Source: Eledone cirrhosa
Taxonomy: Eukaryota
Length of the DNA stretch: 64,000 nt
Direction: 5' to 3'
Assembly: GCA_964016885.1 (NCBI GenBank)
Contig: OZ024758.1
Span: 16,554,001-16,618,000 of the forward strand
Shown one piece after another: positions 23,951 through 40,280 of the stretch (its first letter is position 1; each line of letters begins with the position of its first letter). The notes beneath the pieces are model-generated. The model saw nothing but the letters and a program-made list of their open reading frames with translations, was not told the origin of the DNA and did not search any database. The position numbers were made by a program, and so were the translations under genes.

Positions 23951-25466
23951 ATTTGTGACAACATTATTGACAAGAAAAATCTGTTGGAAAATGTGTAAAA
24001 GAATTTTACTATGAAGAATATCCACATACGAAATCAATGTTTAAAATTTAGTCTAAAGTCCTTAAAGGTAAATACCTATCAGTTTTGAGAGGATGGTATA
24101 TTTTAAGAAATGCAACGTTTCACTCTTCAATAGCTAAATGTATTCTACACACACAGTTTAAAACGCATGTTGTGAACAAACTCGGTGTAGCAAAACATGC
24201 ACGTGACATGTGTTAGATTCTTGTCATCAATATTCATGTGTTAAGGTGATAGCGACACATTTTCAGTTTGACTTTATGAGAAAGAACAAGAAATTATTTC
24301 ACTTTCCTTTTTTTGCATTTTCATTTTAATTTTCTGTTTTGGTTTTGGTTTTTAATTCTTTCCTATTCAAATTTGAAAATGATCTTATTTTTACTGTTTT
24401 CTGACGACACGTGTAGCGAAAGTATTAATCCTTACCTAACACCGAAGCGGCACGATCAAAGACAAGGAATTTCAAATGCAAAGTCAAGGTAGAAAGTAAG
24501 AAAGCTGGCAAGCAATTTCAATTCATGACTTCGCCAAACACTTGTAATGTTTGTGATATACGCGAGGCAAGCATAGAAGCGAGCAGTAGTGCACGCATGT
24601 CGATTTGAAATATGTCCATACGTAACAAGCAAGTAGCGAAATGTAATAATGGAAATATTTTTATCAATCAATAGATTATTTTATGTATGTTGGCTGCTGT
24701 TTGACAAAACTACGTGATGTACAAATCGAAACAATGTTTCTTTATAACTGATCAAATAAGTATATTTATAACTGATCAAATAAATAAAAAAAAATGAATA
24801 GTAAAAGAAAACAAGGGATTGAAAAACAAAGGCAAAGATATAGTTATAATAAAATATATATGTGATTTTCCAAATAACGTGTCTATATTGTGAGTCATAT
24901 ATAAAACAATATATTAAAATATCTATCTTGTTGGTAACATTTTTTTTTTCATATGTCGCATATTGTAAATCAGAAAAAAATGACATTATTCAAGAGTTTA
25001 ACATGAAAAACAAAAAACTGGAAGAGAATAATATAATATTATAGAAAAGAGATAAAAGATGTAAGAATATAATAGAACTGAAGAAACTAACAAACAAACC
25101 AAAAAAAATATCTACTATCCTCCCTAATCCTTGCGACTTGGAATTGCGTTTCAAAAAAAGATCCTTGTAGAAATAATTCTTACACAAGCTTGTTGAAATG
25201 AAATATCTTTGTTACAGGGTTATAGTTTCCCAAAGCTAACTGGGGCATAATGATATTTCCTACAGAGAGGTTTTCAGCATATATTATGTACAATAAATGG
25301 ATAAAAGTAAGACAGAAATAAGACTCCTGACTTATTCTTTTTGTCAGAGAGAGATATTAAATAAAAAGTATTTCTCGTTGTTTTGTTCTTTACAAAATAA
25401 ATTTTGTCATCACAGACAACGACTCATTACCTTCAACTCTGGTTTTCACAAATATCATGAATAGAA

Positions 25467-25743
25467 AGCGGGGTGCTTGCGAAAGCGGAGTGGTCGCAAA
25501 AGCTGGGTGGTCACAAAAGCTGGGTGGTCGCAAAAGCTGGGTGGTCGGATGCGGTTACGAAAGTGGAATGGTCGCGAAAGTGAGGTGGTCGCAAAAGCGG
25601 CGGGCGGTAATGAAAGCGGTGGGGTGGTCACAAAATCGGAGTGGTCGTGAAAGCTGTTTTTTTTTGCGAATGTGGGGTGGTCGTGAAAGCGGGGTGGTTG
25701 CGAATGGGTGGTGGCTGGTGTGTCGTGAAAGTGATAGAATTCC
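25467..25743. mobile_element. Probable DNA-transposon terminus with GGTCGCGAAAG subterminal repeats (Mutator-like, tentative)
   Basis: About 12 degenerate GGTGGTCGCRAAAG repeats ending in GATAGAATTCC; no partner end seen. Confidence 0.4.
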
Positions 25744-25940
25744 TTGAATTCTGTAATTATCTATTTAGTTACAATTAAAATAATGACTTTGCATTTCATC
25801 CTTTCAAGCAGGCATGTACTATAATAAAAGGAATCAGCAACTACCCTTCTTAAAATAAAATGGTCGGGTGAAAGGTTCAGAGATTGACTATGAAGAATTG
25901 ATACTAGAGCTGTGAAATCTTGCATGTATTAATTTCAACT

Positions 25941-26152
25941 CTTCGTATTAATAACTGCATTGTTTCTTTCCAGGGACTATGTTGAAAAATAAACCTCATT
26001 TGGTCATTCCATGAGAGTATCTTGGTCAGCGGATGAATTCTTCGTAGTAATAACTGCAGTGTTTCTTTCAGGGTCTATGTTGAAAACTAAACCTCATTTG
26101 GTCATTCCATGAGAGTATCTTGGTCAACTTGAGCTTTTCAGCTGACCCTCGT
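25941..26152 (+). repeat. ~99-bp tandem duplication, paralogous to 9955-10305; resembles a splice acceptor plus terminal exon
   Basis: TTGTTTCTTTCCAG|GGACTATGTTGA and GTTTCTTTCAG|GGTCTATGTTGA. Confidence 0.6.
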
Positions 26153-27142
26153 ATATAGCTTTGCACTAGTGTCAGAGGACAGCAGTTTATCATAAGGCAG
26201 TGCTGTGATATAGAATATAGAAAGCTGTGTTATTGCTTATCATCATGTTAAGGCCAATAGAATTGTAGTAGATATGTATAAAGAAGGTTTAACTTTAAAT
26301 AAATGCCCTTATACATACAAATCTTTGTGACAATGTGAATATTGTTTAGTTCCGAGTCGGGCTCCATCGAGCAGAGATAAGCTACGATATTTTCTAGAAT
26401 CCTCCTCTATTTTTTTTCAGGCACAGTATACCGAAGACTACAAAATCCTATGTATCTATTGTAGAGTAGGGTGTAATTTGAGTGCTATTTCTAGCAGATG
26501 GAAAAAGTAACTAGAAGCGCAGTTTTTGGATAGCCAAATGTCTGAATATTTTAAAAGTGCTAGGGTAGACGAAACGGTAAATACATATGATTAAATGGAA
26601 TAGCGCCTTCAATGTGGAACCATATTCTTCATGTAAAGCAAAGTATTCTACGAAATTTGCCTGAGGCACAATTCGCATGACCAATTTCTCCTTAGAGGCT
26701 TCAAATATCAAATCAATTTGAGTTGAAGCCATTCTGCTACAATAAATCGAATTGCCACGTTGAACTTCTATTGATACAACAGCAACAACTACATCTCTGA
26801 ATTCAAATTTTGTCAGTGTTTACCTTGAACTTTCCTTCATCTTGAGGCACAAAAATAATTATCAGACATGAAACTGGCTTAACACAAATGGAGTAAGCTG
26901 CACCTCTATGAAGTTTTCACCTATTTTGAACTGTTTAGTCAAAGAGGGATAGACATTACCAATAACCTTATTCAGGTCTTCCGAGAATGGTGAGTGATTG
27001 GGTCAACTTATTCTCAAAATGGAGGCCAAATGCTTGCAGCAGGCAACAGAGTGGATTGCGCCCAAAGGCGCCCAAGCACCATATTGTGGAGCTGAACCAG
27101 GTGAAGGATTACGTCCAGTATCTCAGACATCGTCATTATTTA

Positions 27143-27768
27143 TAGAGTTACGGCCCTTGCCATTCTGAGTTCAAATCCCGCCGAGGTTAACTTTGCCTTT
27201 CATCCTTACGGGGTCGATAAAATAAAGTACCAGTAATGCACTGGGTAATTGCTGGCCTTGTGCCTAAAGTAGAAACAATTATTTATACAGTTCAAATCTC
27301 ACAGAGGTTAACTTTGCCTTTCATCCTTAAAGGGTCGTTAAAGTAAAGTACTAGTAATGCACTGGGGTAATTGCTGGCCTTGTGCCAAAAGTAGAAACAA
27401 TTATTTATACAGTTAAGGGTAGTGAATTGTCAGTATTGGTAGAGCATCGGACAACATGCTCTGCAGCATAGAGTTGCGTTCCTTTACGTTCTGAGTTCAA
27501 ATCCCACTGAGGTTAGCTTTGCCTTTCATCCTTACATCATATGATAGCTCAGTATTGAACGAATTCTATTGACTCTACCATTCTAATAATATATACTTTA
27601 TACATATACGGACGCCATGCATTACAGCAAAAAGTTACGGCCCTTTATGGTCTGAATTCAAATCCCGCCGAAATTAACTTTGCCTTTCATCCTTAAGGGG
27701 TCGATAAAATAAAGTACCAGTAATGCACTGGGATAATTGGTGGGCTTGTGCCAAAAGTAAAAACTATT
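27143..27768 (+). mobile_element. Cluster of four OK-like SINE fragments
   Basis: Body matches at ~27143, 27291, 27417, 27608. Confidence 0.85.
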
Positions 27769-28236
27769 ATATACTTTAAATGATGTGGACTCCCAATCAA
27801 AAAAGAGTTAAGAACAGGAAGACATTTTAAACTCCTATTTTATCGGTTTCACTCACAAAAAAAAAACAACTAAACGATAAAAACAGAACAACCTTACGCT
27901 AATAATTTGCAGTGCACTGGTCAATGGATTTATGTTTGTGCGCTTCAGTCCACATAGATGTGGATTGGCATTAGATCTAGAAATATAAATACAGATCGAC
28001 CGGCATCATATCATGTGATAGGATCATTTATCATAGCCTTCACAATTAAAAAATCGAACCAAAATTGCATATCATCTGGCTTATGGGGACATTTACATTT
28101 TTATGCGTATATTCCTGTGTGAATCATATATTTTCCCGTTATGCTCTCATCTTCGTCAAGATATTAAGGTTCTATATATGGTTGAAAAAAAAAAAGATCC
28201 ATAGGCGCTGCCATATGGATATATATATATATATAT

Positions 28237-28297
<61 letters not shown>

Positions 28298-28304
<7 letters not shown>

Positions 28305-29038
28305 AATTAGTATATCTACCAACATATATATACAGATGCATACCTATGCTAGCAAATATATAGGTTTCGTCTTAGTAACTTTGTGGTTCAATGCAAGGGG
28401 ATGCAGAACAATTATATGAAAGACGTAAAATAAGAAAATTATAAAAATTAACTTACTTACTAAAATTTCACTCCAACTAATTAGTTTCTGAAAGGGAATA
28501 AACATGCTTTCCGAATGGAAATACTTTTCTTATTTTACGTTTTTCATAGAATTGTTCTGAATCCCCTTTCATTGAACCACAAAGTTACGAAGACAAAACC
28601 TATATATTTGCTAACATAGGTATGCATCTGTATATATATGTTGGTAGATATACTAATTCTTTATAATTATCTCCAAATTATTTTGTTGCGCAAAAATTTG
28701 CCAAAACTGCTACTATTGTTCATAGTAATGGCTCGGCCACTGTCTTTTTAACACCCCACTCCTCACTGATTAACCTCGATGTCACGTGATTGATTCTTTT
28801 GAATTTGCCACCGACCAAGTAGGCAGTGATTTTTTCAATGTCTTGGAATTTAGTCCACGCTTGCTTTTTTCCACCCACTGAATTATTTTTGTATAAGTTC
28901 CCTGTGTCCACGCATCGCCTGGTAACTTAGCTGAGAACAGACTTCCTGATGACGAAAGGTTACTCCATACTTTCCATTCGGAAACTATGTTTATTCTTAG
29001 TAAGTAAGTTAATTTTTATAATTTTCTTATTTTACGTC

Positions 29039-29045
<7 letters not shown>
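28298..29045. mobile_element. Penelope-like fold-back cluster (family F)
   Basis: ~140-bp inverted arms 28298-28437/28525-28664; related segment 28975-29045 follows a hammerhead core. Confidence 0.65.
28941..29010 (+). ncRNA. Candidate type I hammerhead ribozyme (family F)
   Basis: CTGATGA 28946-28952; stem II CGAA/TTCG; GAAA 28981-28984; stem III ACTA/TAGT; GUA triplet; stem I imperfect. Confidence 0.55.
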
Positions 29046-29100
<55 letters not shown>

Positions 29101-29151
29101 TGAAAGAATGAAGAATAACATGGTCGGCTATACAGAAAGGGTTTTATTTAC

Positions 29152-29264
29152 AGTATTAACAATTGTTTCATTGATCAGGTGAGTCTAAAGGCTGATGATC
29201 ACTCGGAATTGCGTCACTCGACCTTAAATACAGTGTGTGTCTCTGATCAAATCACCGCAATATT
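29152..29264 (-). ncRNA. Decayed hammerhead (core GCGGTGA) with long stem II
   Basis: Minus strand: AATATT-gcggtga-tTTGATCAG...CTGATCAAt-GAAACAATTGTT-AATACT. Confidence 0.4.
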
Positions 29265-29616
29265 ATTACTCTAAGAATAGCCTACATGGGAATTCTCTTA
29301 AGCTCGTCACCTGACTAAGGAAACCTCTTGTTGAGTCAAACAACGCCGTACGTTAAACTATCCATAGTACAGAGTACTCATAAACTCTAACTGGATTATC
29401 TTAAACGATAACTTGTTATCCATAACATTGTTTTTCATATATATATATAATATTAACAATAGTAATAAATGGAAAAAAAATCACTGTAGCATCATATTTA
29501 TTTTGTTATACGTATTTCAAGGATACCAAATTATGGTATGCTTTCATCAGATAAAATACAATATTTTATCAATATTCATCAACAAAGTATATAACTCATT
29601 GTTTATATATGTATAT

Positions 29617-29665
<49 letters not shown>

Positions 29666-29730
29666 TAGATAGATATATATATATATAGATATATATATAT
29701 ATATATATATAGATATATATATATATATAT

Positions 29731-29827
<97 letters not shown>

Positions 29828-29870
29828 TATATATATATATATATAGATATATATATATATATATATATAT

Positions 29871-29909
<39 letters not shown>

Positions 29910-29946
29910 TATATATATATATATATATATATATAGATATATATAT

Positions 29947-29997
<51 letters not shown>

Positions 29998-30131
29998 TAT
30001 ATATACTGTAGTAAAAGTTAAGTGGAAATATTCAAGAGTAAGAACACTCAGTCCATAGGACGAGTTTAGTATAAATAATTACAACAGGGACATAAACAGA
30101 TATCTCATAATACCTGTTTATGTCACTGTTC

Positions 30132-30196
<65 letters not shown>

Positions 30197-30199
<3 letters not shown>

Positions 30200-30417
30200 T
30201 TCACGAAAGTGAGTACTCGGTGCTTAGTTTCCAGTAGGTATTTTCGTGTTGTATTAAGCAGAGTGCAATAATAATAATAATAAAATGGACGAGGTATTAA
30301 GTGTTGATTACATTTATTGAGGTGCGACGCGCGTTTCGCGATTGAACAGCTCAAGATTCGATTCGTATCGATCGGGTCCGACTCTGGAATCAAAAACTCA
30401 TCGTACCTCGTTCATTT

Positions 30418-30420
<3 letters not shown>
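30197..30420 (-). mobile_element. Penelope-like fragment with classical GAAACGCGCGTC hammerhead 3' half
   Basis: Minus strand TGA-GC..GC-GAAACGCGCGTC at 30326-30353; flanked by (TA)n. Confidence 0.6.
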
Positions 30421-30450
<30 letters not shown>

Positions 30451-30457
<7 letters not shown>

Positions 30458-30693
30458 ATGCTTTGGGAGGGTCATGTTGCCAATAAGAAACACACGCACC
30501 AGTTGCTTTCACTTCAATTTATTATAAATTAAATTTATAAATTTAGGAATTTATAAATTTCCGGTTGGTTGGTTGGTTCCACAACCAGACGATTGTTCAT
30601 ATATTGGCAACATGACCCTCCCAAAGCATAACAATATCGGTTTCAACACATGTTTTCAGATAAAGAATCTTGCTAAACAAATTCAGAAACGAA

Positions 30694-30696
<3 letters not shown>
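30451..30696. mobile_element. Penelope-like inverted fragment (family G; paralogue 59681-60147)
   Basis: Inverted ends TATTGTTATGCTTTGGGAGGGTCATGTTGCCAATA. Confidence 0.7.
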
Positions 30697-30736
<40 letters not shown>

Positions 30737-31516
30737 TTTCTACTTTTGCCACAAGGCCAGCAATTACCAAGTGCATTACTGGTATTTTATTTTATCGACC
30801 CCGTATTATATATATATAAGTTTGTGTGTCTGTGTCTGTGAATTTCGGTTGCATGAATTTTCTTTCATATGTTAAAAATTACTTTGACTGCTTTCTATTT
30901 CGTATGATACAAATGGGCAATGGCAGTCCGATATTTCATAATTGAAAATGACTTTTAGCTAGAGAATTGTAGAAATATTTTCTATTATTTATTATTTGTG
31001 TATTGAGGTTTTCTTTTAAACTTGAAACTAGCCTGTCAATTTATCACGTCCTAACAAATGAATCATCAATTCTGACGCAAATGTTAAAGGCCATTAGCAA
31101 AATAACTTCCAATTATCATAAAGGATTATATTTTATCTTAGATTCGTATTCCCTAGGTCAAGTTAACCTTATGTTTGTGAAACAGCATCATATTTCTTCG
31201 GTTAAACCAATTAAGAAATATTGTTTATATAAAGGAGAGTGATATGATGTTTTAACAATAAACCTTAGATACATCATCATAAAAGATGATGCTCATTATG
31301 AATTTCAAGTGTTTTTTTCCCTGATGATAAATCCAATATTAGTGTATTTAAACACAAAGAAAACAAAGTTTTGTTTGAACCAATATGCCAGAAATATTTA
31401 ATTTGATGTCAATCATCAACGTTTTGTTGTTTGTAACTCTACTCAAGTATATTCTAATGCAAGACTTGCTTCGCATCAACAGTACAATACAGATTAATGC
31501 TTATTAAAAAATATTA

Positions 31517-31681
31517 CCGTATTTTCCGGCGCTGAAGATGCTTCGTCTTAGAGAAGGCACCCGAATTTTGATAACCAAAAATTTGAGAGAAAATAAATAA
31601 TCTTCGACCTCCCGGACGCATGGTAGATTTTTGAGACTTATTTTAGGAAAATAGTAGCGTCATTGACACCGGGAAATGCGG
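31517..31681. mobile_element. Tc/pogo-like MITE
   Basis: TA TSD; TIR CCGTATTTTCCGG / CCGGGAAATGCGG. Confidence 0.65.
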
Positions 31682-32671
31682 TATTTAAGACGCCACTACA
31701 TATATGGAGAGCATTTTGCCCTTTCTATTATGGTTTCTTCTCAATTAAGGATGATGCCCCATAAATCTCAGTGAAAAAAATGGGAAATAATTTTGATATA
31801 TGGTCTTTTCCGATTGATCCAATTAAATATTTTAGAGCAACTAGAATATTTTCCAAACGCTAACACGTATGTGTATAAGTGTGTGCATGTGTGTAAGTGA
31901 ATATCCATACATTTATATGTATGAGTATATAAATAAAATATAAACGTGCAAACACAGACATACATTCACACACTCACACAAACACACACACATGTATTTA
32001 CACTAACACACACATCGTAGTTTTTTCATCATCCTCTTCCTCCATTTTACACACACATACATTCATTCAGGCAGCATACGTAAAGAGAGAGCAGTAGTAT
32101 GAGGTATTCAAACTACTCCTCTCTCTTTACGTGTTGTAACAGAGTCGCAGAAATTTATATATAGATGCCTAGCGTTTATTTTTACACCGACCGAGGATGA
32201 ACGAAAACCAAACATCTATCCCAGTTAGAATTGAAAATTAAGAGATGGAAACTACAAGATATATTTTTGGCGGCTCTTTCTGTCAATCCATCTCTCTTAC
32301 AATTAGAAATGATAGATAAGACGATAAATTAAGATTAACAGCTAGAACAATTGACGAAGGGTCTGAAGGCTTCATAAGATTTAATGTGCCAATAGTTCTC
32401 TATGACAAAAGCGTCATGAAGACCATTCCATCATGTTATTGGCTAAAGAAAGTAATCGGAGATGTGAGAAATAAATTGAAACCGTCCCATAGATATTCGT
32501 GTGAAACAGCTGTAGTAGTTACGCCAATCGATGACCTAGTTCGTCCACCTCGCTACATTCAATAATACACAAGCATGACTATCAATGACATAATACTGTT
32601 ATATTTCGTAGATTCTCTTACGTATATATAATTATATATATGGGTTGCAACTCCTCCATTTATTCATTCTG

Positions 32672-32727
<56 letters not shown>

Positions 32728-32887
32728 TTAAAACAATGAAATAAAAAAAATTGTCATTAGAGATATACTTTACTGCTTTACGATCGTTTCTAGATGATAA
32801 TACATTGTAGCTATACTCCGTTATTGATCTATGTAATATTAGTTACAAAATATCAGATAAAGAGAATATTTACTTACATGCGATACC

Positions 32888-32970
<83 letters not shown>

Positions 32971-33127
32971 AATTGGTCGTTTGAAAGCCTCAACAATGCA
33001 GATGGGTAAATCTCCGGTAACAGAATCGGGCGGTAATGAGAGAGATGTAAGAGGAAATGTATAAAGGCTTCCAAAAACGACTAATTTTATTATTCCACAA
33101 TGCTTCAAGCAAACTTCAAGACTCTCT

Positions 33128-34872
<1,745 letters not shown>

Positions 34873-35189
34873 TAGTTCTTTCGTTGTTTTGGTATTGTAT
34901 GGTTGGGTTTTGCCTACCGCAATTTTCAATTTGTCAAGCTATTTAAACATAATGTTATTACTCTAAGGACCTACTCTTATTGAGTGCTTTGCTACTCATT
35001 CCTTATTGTAGGTCGTCTTTGCTTGGCCACAGCCAAAGCTTCGATTTTACTAAACTTCCACCTGTATATATATATATATATACGTATGAAAAGAGTCAGG
35101 ACACCGACGGCTGAGTTCCGGCCGTTTCGACAGCTAGATCTGTGAGTATTCTGGTGCGTTATGGTCCACCTGGTTCCTTACCACACTTC

Positions 35190-35221
<32 letters not shown>

Positions 35222-35227
<6 letters not shown>

Positions 35228-35270
35228 TGAGATTCTACAGGACTAGAACTGTTTCATTCTTTAGAAATCA
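35222..35270 (-). mobile_element. Truncated copy of family H hammerhead element
   Basis: Near-identical to 55479-55528. Confidence 0.75.
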
Positions 35271-35368
35271 TGATTTATGTATATATATATATAATGTATA
35301 TATATATATGGGTGTGTGTGTTTGAAAATAAGAACACAAGTCAGCTGTAGGTAGAGAGTTAGTACATG

Positions 35369-35497
35369 ATTTTACGATCGTTTCAGAGGGTCGATTGATC
35401 GGAGGAGATCGATGGAACGACTAGCATGGGAGTGGTTAAGTTACCACCCATTAATAGTCTCGAAGTTCCATTTCACTTGGCTGTCCTCCTCAGAAAC
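35369..35497 (-). ncRNA. Candidate type I hammerhead with ~100-nt stem II domain
   Basis: Minus strand GTTT-CTGAGGA-GGA...TCT-GAAAC-GATC-GTA-AAAT; palindromic stem III ACGATCGT. Confidence 0.55.
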
Positions 35498-35657
35498 ACT
35501 AACTGATTTTATGTACTAGAAGTATAGCAGTGGACTCAAGAGATAAGGAATACAGAAATAGGTAGGTCCGAGCGTGTAGTATAACCGAATGGTTCCTAAA
35601 ACTGGAGATGGACTCCGATATATATATAAGGATGGATTCATTTGAAACTAGTTAGAC

Positions 35658-35891
35658 CAGGCATGTCAAACTGAGGGTCCCCCGAGGGTCACATATGTAT
35701 TGTCTGAGGGCCACACATGACAACTAATTGCGCACATTACAACTCATATTAACAAAAATTTATATTAAAAAAATAAAACATGGTCGCGCTGTAAAAACCA
35801 TTGTGCGGCCCGCAGGTGTGCTTGTAAAGTGCCGCAGGTGTGCTTGTAAAAGGACGCATGCAGCTCGCGGGCCACATGTTTGACATGCCTG
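35658..35891. mobile_element. hAT (Charlie-like) MITE
   Basis: 14-bp perfect TIR CAGGCATGTCAAAC; 8-bp TSD AGTTAGAC/GATTAGAC. Confidence 0.85.
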
Positions 35892-36158
35892 GATTAGACA
35901 ATTACTGAAGAGAGTACTCGATACTTGGGGTAGTTGATTATGTTCATATTATAAAAAAGTCGGACCACTACGACTGAGCTCTTGCCTCAACAAATAGTTC
36001 CAGCCGACAACTAAATCCAGCAGGCCCTCGTACACTGCACCCACTAAAACTATATCCTTTCACCTTTCCTAGATCGTTCTTATGAAGATCTATAATCGAG
36101 ACAACGAAACTATATGTGAAAGAAAAGTTATCCCATTAAATATCAAGTATGTTACCTC

Positions 36159-36900
36159 ATATATATATATATATTATATATATATATATTATATATATAC
36201 ATTATATATTATATATATTTATATATAATATATATATATTATATATATATATAATATATATATATTATATATTATATATATATTATATATTATATATATA
36301 TTTTATATATTATATATATATATTATATATAATATATATATATTATATATTATATATAATATATTATATATATATAATATATATATATTATATATTATAT
36401 ATATATATTATATATATATAATATATATATAATATATATATTATGGTGGTGGATTGGCAGTATCGGTAGAGGGTCGGACGCCATGCTTTCCAGCATAGTT
36501 ACGTCCCTTTACGGTCTGAGTTCAAATCCACGCGAGGTTGACTTTGCCTTTCATCCTTACGGGGTCGATAAAATAAAGTACCAGTAATGCACTGGGTATT
36601 TGCTGGCCTTGTGCCTAAAGTAGAAACAATTATATATTATATATATATTATATATATATATTATATATATATATTATATATATATATTATATATATATAT
36701 TATATATATATTATATATATATTATATATATTATGTATATATATTATATATATATTATATATATTATGTATATATATTATATATATTATGTATATATATT
36801 ATATATATATTATATATATATTATATATATATTATATATATATTATGTATATATTATATATATTATGTATATATACTATATATATATTATATATATATAC

Positions 36901-36938
<38 letters not shown>

Positions 36939-37778
36939 ACTATATATATATATTATATATATATATACTATATATATATATTATATATATATACTATATA
37001 TATATATATATTATATATATATATATATATTATATAATTAATTTTAAGGGCGGTGGATTGGCAGTATCGTTAGAGGGTCAGACACAATGCTTTCCAGCAT
37101 AGTTACGTACCCCATTCGAGGTTGACTTTGCCTTTCATCCTTATGGGGTCGATACAATAATGTACCAGTAATGCACCGGTTAATTGCTGGTCTTGTGCCT
37201 AAAGTAGAAACAATTATATAATTTGTTTATATATATTATATATGCATTATATATAAATAATATATATATTATATATAAATAATATATAAATAATATAAAT
37301 ATTATATATAAATAATATATATAAATAATAAATATATTATATATAAATAATATATATAAATAATATATAAATAATATATAAATAATATATAAATAATATA
37401 AATATTATATATAAATAATATATATAAATAATAAATATATTATATATAAATAATATATATATTATATATAAATAATATATATATTATATATAAATAATAT
37501 ATATATTATATATATATTATATATATATATATTATATATAAATAATATATATATTATATATATATTATATATATATAATATATTATATATAAATAATATA
37601 TATATGATATATATATATATATTATATATAAATAATATATATATGATATATATATATATATTATATATAAATAATATATATATATATATTATATATAAAT
37701 AATATATATATTATATATAAATAATATATATATTATATATTGTATATATATATATATTATATATAAATAATATATATA

Positions 37779-37855
<77 letters not shown>

Positions 37856-38121
37856 ATATATATATATTATATATATATATATATTTTATATAAATAATAT
37901 ATATATTATATATATATTATATATATATATATATTTTATATAAATAATATATATATTATATATATATATTATATATATATATATATTTTATATAAATAAT
38001 ATATATATTATATATAAATAATATATATATTATATATTGTATATATATATATATTATATATAAATAATATATATATTATATATTGTATATATATATATAT
38101 TATATATAAATAATATATATA

Positions 38122-38188
<67 letters not shown>

Positions 38189-38191
38189 ATA

Positions 38192-38280
<89 letters not shown>

Positions 38281-39038
38281 AATAATATATATATTATATA
38301 TATATTTTATATAAATAATATATATATTATATAAATATATTATATAAATATATTATATAAATAATATATATATTATATATATATTATATACAAATTATAT
38401 ATATATGTTATATATATATATATATAGTATATATATATGGTATATATATATATATATTATATATAAATAATATATATATTATATATATATTTTATATAAA
38501 TAATATATATATTATATATATATTTTATATAAATAATATATATATTATATATATATTTTATATAAATAATATATATATTATATATATATTTTATATAAAT
38601 AATATATATATTATATATATATTTTATATAAATAATATATATATTATATATATATTATATATAAATAATATATATATTATATATATATTTTATATAAATA
38701 ATATATATTATATATATATTATATATAAATTATATATATATTATATATATATTATATATAAATTATATATATATTATATATAAATTATATATATATTATA
38801 TATATATTATATATAAATTATATATATATGTTATATATATATATATATAGTATATATATATGTTATATATATATATATATAGTATATATATATATATATA
38901 GTATATATATATGTTATATATATATATATATAGTATATATATATATATATATATAGTATATATATATGGTATATATATATATATATATATTATATATAAT
39001 AATATATATATATATATATATTATATATATGTTATATA

Positions 39039-39071
<33 letters not shown>

Positions 39072-39101
39072 GTTATATATATATATATAATATATATATC
39101 T

Positions 39102-39133
<32 letters not shown>

Positions 39134-39792
39134 CTTATATATATATATATATACATTATATATATATCTTATATATATATATATTATATATGTATATTAT
39201 GTTATATATATACTATATATATGTTATATATATATATAATATATATATGTTATATATATATATATTATATATATATATATTATATATATATGTTATATAT
39301 ATATATATATATTATATATATATGTTATATATATATGTATTATATATATATATTATATATATATATGTTATATATATATATTATATATATATATGTTATA
39401 TATATATGTATTATATATATATATTATATATATATATGTTATATATATATATATTATATATATATATGTTATATATATATATATTATATATATGTTATAT
39501 ATATATATATTATATATATATATGTTATATATATATATTATATATATATATGTTATATATATATATATTATACATATATGTTATATATATATATATATTA
39601 TATATATATGTTTATATATATATATATTATACATATATGTTATATATATATATATTATACATATATGTTATATATATATATATATTATATATATATGTTA
39701 TACATATATATATTATATATATATATGTTATATATGTTATATATATATATATTATACATATATGTTATATATATATATATTAGATATATATG

Positions 39793-39832
<40 letters not shown>

Positions 39833-40130
39833 TATATATATATATGTTATATATATATATATATATATATATTAGATATATATGTTATATATATATGTTA
39901 TATATATATATATATATTAGTTATATACGTTATATATATGTTATATATATATGTTATATATATATATATTATATATATATGTTATATATATATATATGTT
40001 GTATATATATATATCTTGTATATATATATATTATATATATATGTTATATATATATATGTTATATATATATATATATGTTATATATATATATGTTATATAT
40101 ATATCTATATATATATATATATATATATGT

Positions 40131-40167
<37 letters not shown>

Positions 40168-40280
40168 GTTATATATATATGTTATATATATATATATGTT
40201 ATATATATATGTTATATATATATATGTTATATATATATATATATTATATATATTATATATATATATATATTATATATATA
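36159..40280. repeat. AT-rich low-complexity field with two nested OK-like SINEs (36445-36632, 37048-37215)
   Basis: Directly visible. Confidence 0.95.

Noticed and set aside
25218-25307. Exon-like segment with AG/GTAAGA boundaries
   Set aside because: Stops in all three phases without a frameshift; lies beside a probable transposon terminus
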